14,527 nucleotides of DNA from Salpingoeca rosetta (lineage: Eukaryota; Protista; Choanoflagellata): NCBI GenBank assembly GCA_033442325.1, contig JAWQFM010000001.1:1-14527 (forward strand), read 5' to 3'. The stretch's first letter is position 1. Each line of letters starts with the position of its first letter. Shown here piece by piece: positions 11,996 through 14,527 of this stretch. The translations under genes were made by a program, and so were the position numbers. The notes beneath the pieces were generated by a model. The model saw only the letters and a program-made list of their open reading frames with translations, did not search any database and was not told the origin of the DNA.

Positions 11996-12122
11996 TGTGT
12001 GTGTGTGTGTGTCTGTGTCTGTGTGTGTGTGTGTGTCTGTGTGTGTCTGTGTGTGTCTGTGTGTGTCTGTGTGTCTGTGTGTGTGTCTGTGTGTGTGTCT
12101 GTGTGTGTGTGTGTGTGTGTGT
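11996..12122. repeat. Compound (GT)n/(GTGTCT) microsatellite, intronic
   Basis: Follows the GTATGT donor at 11993; periodic G>C interruptions. Confidence 0.96.
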
Positions 12123-12619
12123 CGGCTCGTGTACGTCCCATCGACATATTTCTTGTCAGTTCGTCCACGCCACCATGCCTGCACCATCCCCTCACCTCCC
12201 ACTTCCTCATCTTCATCCCACTCCTCTCCGTCATGTGTCTCATGTGCAGTACAAGCAAAAGCGCTCGCTGTCATGTGCTTGTTCGCCAGCATCAACGGCG
12301 TGCCCTCGTGTGCGAACAACATGCTGCTCAACGACGTCGTGCGCGGGCAGTGGAGGGGTGACATGGTGACGATTGGAACAGACTGCGGTGCGATTTGCAA
12401 ACATGGTCGACACCAACAAGCACGCCCGTGACTTCCGTCGACGCTGTCGCGAAGACGCTGCACGGTGGCGAGGATATGGAGCTCCGGGAGACATACTTCA
12501 CCACAAACGGCAACTTGGCGCAGGCTGTGCAGCAGAACCGCACGGCAATCCACACAGTGCACAACAACACCGTGCGGCGGGTTCTCAAGGATAGCTTCAT
12601 CACGGACCAATGGTATGTT

Positions 12620-12623
<4 letters not shown>

Positions 12624-12673
<50 letters not shown>

Positions 12674-12696
12674 TGTGTGTGTGTGTGTCTGTGTGT
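12624..12696. repeat. (GT)n microsatellite with CT interruptions, intronic
   Basis: Follows the GTATGT donor at 12613. Confidence 0.96.
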
Positions 12697-12841
12697 CTGC
12701 GTGCTTGTCCTCGAAGTCTCTTATGGGTGTGTGTCGTTGAACTGATGAAGCGGTGCACGGTTCCTCAATACTCACAATAGTGTTGTCATTATTGCCTCTC
12801 ACCCCATCCTCCCCCTCCACCCCCACACCCTCCCCCTCCAG

Positions 12842-14527
12842 GCACGGCCTGCGGACCCAACCCTCACCTCCAGTAACGGCCACTGCACCAGCAAGTGGCC
12901 CGATGGCAAGTATGAGCTCGGCCAACGGGTGTGCTGAATGCCACTCCACCAAACGCCACCCATTGCCTCAACCTGTGTGACAGCAACCTCACCAGTCGCG
13001 CATTGCCCATTGCCCTCTCCACTACTACGCCAAGGACCACGGCTACGTGCCATGCACCACGTGCGGCATGGGCACCTGGGCCTCCGCCCCGTGCTCCTCG
13101 TCCTCCGACGCCGTTTGCTCTTCCTGGACCGAGTGCAAGCCGGGCCAGAAGGAGTCTGTCTCTGGCAACGCCGTGCGCGACCACCGCATGTGCGTGAGCT
13201 GCACCCGCGGCATGGAGTACCAGCCGCTGCCGGACCGCGCCTCGTGCTTCCCCACCAGCGTGTGCGAGGAGCCCTTCATCGAGACCATCCCGCCCACGCT
13301 CACCACAGACCGCCTCTGCTCCTGCGACACGCTCGCCTGCAACAAGCTCATCACGCAGCTGTTTGAGGAGATGGTGTGCGCCGAGCCCACCGACGAGCAG
13401 CTCGACGTGGTACTTGGCGTGTGCTGCTCCAACCGGGGACGAGGATGGCATCCGCGACACCATTCGCCAGATGGATGCCTACGAGGCACGCCGCTCCTGC
13501 CCAGGCTGCACAGACACGTGCGAGTGCAGCGCTGGCTTCATCCTTGTCTACGACGCCGACTCAGCCGACTGTCGGCCATGCGACGGCGTGACGGAGTTCT
13601 CCCCATCCGTTGGCGGCAGCAAGTACGAGCCCATTGAGGAGTGCGAGCTCGGCCAGGAAGAGGTCGCCGCGCCAACCCGCTCCTCGGACCGCGTGTGCCA
13701 CGACTGCTCGGCCCGCACCATCGACTTGGACAGCGACGGTTCCACGGGTTGCCAGCCAAGTGTGCCCCGCTGGCCACTACACGGAGGCGGGCTCCCACGG
13801 CTCCTGCTCCAGCTTCACCTGCCGCGCAGGCACCCACGACCACGACAGCGACCCTGCCACCCACCCCGTTCCACGATGTCACAGAGTGCGCGCCCGGGTT
13901 TGAGGAGGTGCAGGCCATGACGCTCCTCATCAGCGACCGTGTCTGCGACGAGTGTCCTGGAGGGCACGTACAAGGCTGTCTCTGGCCAGCCAGGGCGTGC
14001 TCTTGCTTTCCCGTCACGACGTGCGATGCCGGCGAGGAGGAGACGGCCGAGCCCACCCCCACGAGCGACCGCGTGTGCAGCCAGTGCGAGCTCGGCGCCA
14101 CCTTCAAGCCCGTCGAACGGCCGGGCCGAGTCATGCCGCCCCGTCACGCAGTGCGGTCCGGATGAGAACGAGATCCGCTTTGCGAGCCCACGCGCCAGCA
14201 CGACCGCCTCTGCCGCAAGTGCGTCCAGGACATGTGCGTGGCCGTGTCGCGTTGCGCGGCCTGGGAGTACATTTCCACACGCGGCCGTGAGCAAGTGTGA
14301 GTTTGGCACCTTCCAAAGCCAGGCGCCCACGCTCGACTCTGACCGCGAGTGCACGGAGTGTTCCGAGTGCCCCAGTGGTCGCTACGAGATTCGTGCCTGC
14401 TCTGCGCTTGAGGATGTGCAGTGCGCTGGCTGCTCTGCGTGCTCGCCGAACACATACATCCTGCGCGCCTGCGACTCGGAGAACGACGTGTCGTGCCAGC
14501 AGTGCAGCACATGCTCCGATGAGCAGT
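12842..14527 (+). pseudogene. Cysteine-rich cell-surface protein fragment: furin-like repeats then TNFR-like (C..C..G....PT..SDRxC) repeats; multiple frameshifts; runs off the window
   Basis: A pyrimidine tract and CAG acceptor end at 12841, followed by GC-rich, codon-biased sequence. Joining frames gives TACGPN..SNGHCTSK(W)PDGKYEL/ANGCAECHST..; PCTTCGMGTWASAPCSSSSDAVCSSWTECKPGQKESVSGNAVRD(H)RMCVSC..PPTLTTDRLCSC; CRPCDGVTEF..ECELGQEEVAAPTRSSDRVCHDC; VCPAGHYTEAG..; VTECAPGFEEVQAMT..SDRVCDECP; CFPVTTCDAGEEETAEPTPTSDRVCSQC; SKCEFGTFQSQAPTLDSDRECTECSECPSGRYEIRACSALEDVQCAGCSACSPNTYILRACDSENDVSCQQCSTC. Frame changes occur near 12920, 13436, 13757, 13860, 14120, 14180 and elsewhere. Confidence 0.85.

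Larger units (their letters stand above)
10326..12612 (+). pseudogene. Secreted glycoside hydrolase family 3 (beta-xylosidase/glucosidase-like) with an N-terminal WSC-like domain; frameshifted, C-terminal half absent
   Basis: Exons: 10326-10473 (MRATAVTALLWLVAVCCVVGG.., signal-peptide-like); ~10642-10818 (WSC-like); gap; 11113-11249 (RLDIPPYLHLVETNT/AVASACIISQ../TFIGPTGLG/AAVNR); 11425-~11510 (VISTEMRAFNNLNWHRGGGVLQKIGLT); ~11682-11769 ([29 protein letters not shown]); 11904-11992 ([29 protein letters not shown], phase-matched to the previous exon); 12250-12612 ([94 protein letters not shown]). Motif order is that of the GH3 (beta/alpha)8 domain. The nucleophile Asp is kept in TDCGA (GAC 12381), but KH reads RH (11909-11914) and at least six frameshifts are present. 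Confidence 0.88.

Noticed and set aside
11900-14512. Long minus-strand ORFs (11900-12952, 12864-13463, 13538-14134 and others)
   Set aside because: They are antisense shadows of GC-rich, codon-biased plus-strand GH3 and Cys-repeat exons.

Overview
Eukaryotic, intron-rich DNA saturated with microsatellites. The (GT)n/(CA)n-filled introns and GC-rich Cys-repeat exons resemble a choanoflagellate such as Salpingoeca rosetta (an inference, not verified). Nearly all supplied ORFs are artefacts of simple repeats. The supportable content is: (i) one complete, structurally intact 5S rRNA gene (6594-6712, +) with a T9 Pol III terminator; (ii) a spliced, frameshifted exostosin/EXT1-like GT47 glycosyltransferase pseudogene on the - strand (exons traced 9223->7525); (iii) a divergently oriented, spliced, frameshifted and 3'-truncated gene with signal peptide, WSC-like domain and GH3 beta-xylosidase/glucosidase domain (10326-12612, +), crossing a 100-N gap; (iv) joined to it through one intron-like segment, a frameshifted furin-like/TNFR-like Cys-rich repeat surface-protein fragment (12842 to window end). 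Most resolvable indels in the three genes are single-base or short tandem duplications. Bases 147-6500 are low-complexity DNA with scattered exon-like remnants I cannot assign. Bases 1-146 may be the end of a mobile element. All protein assignments come from hand translation and remembered family motifs; no search was run.
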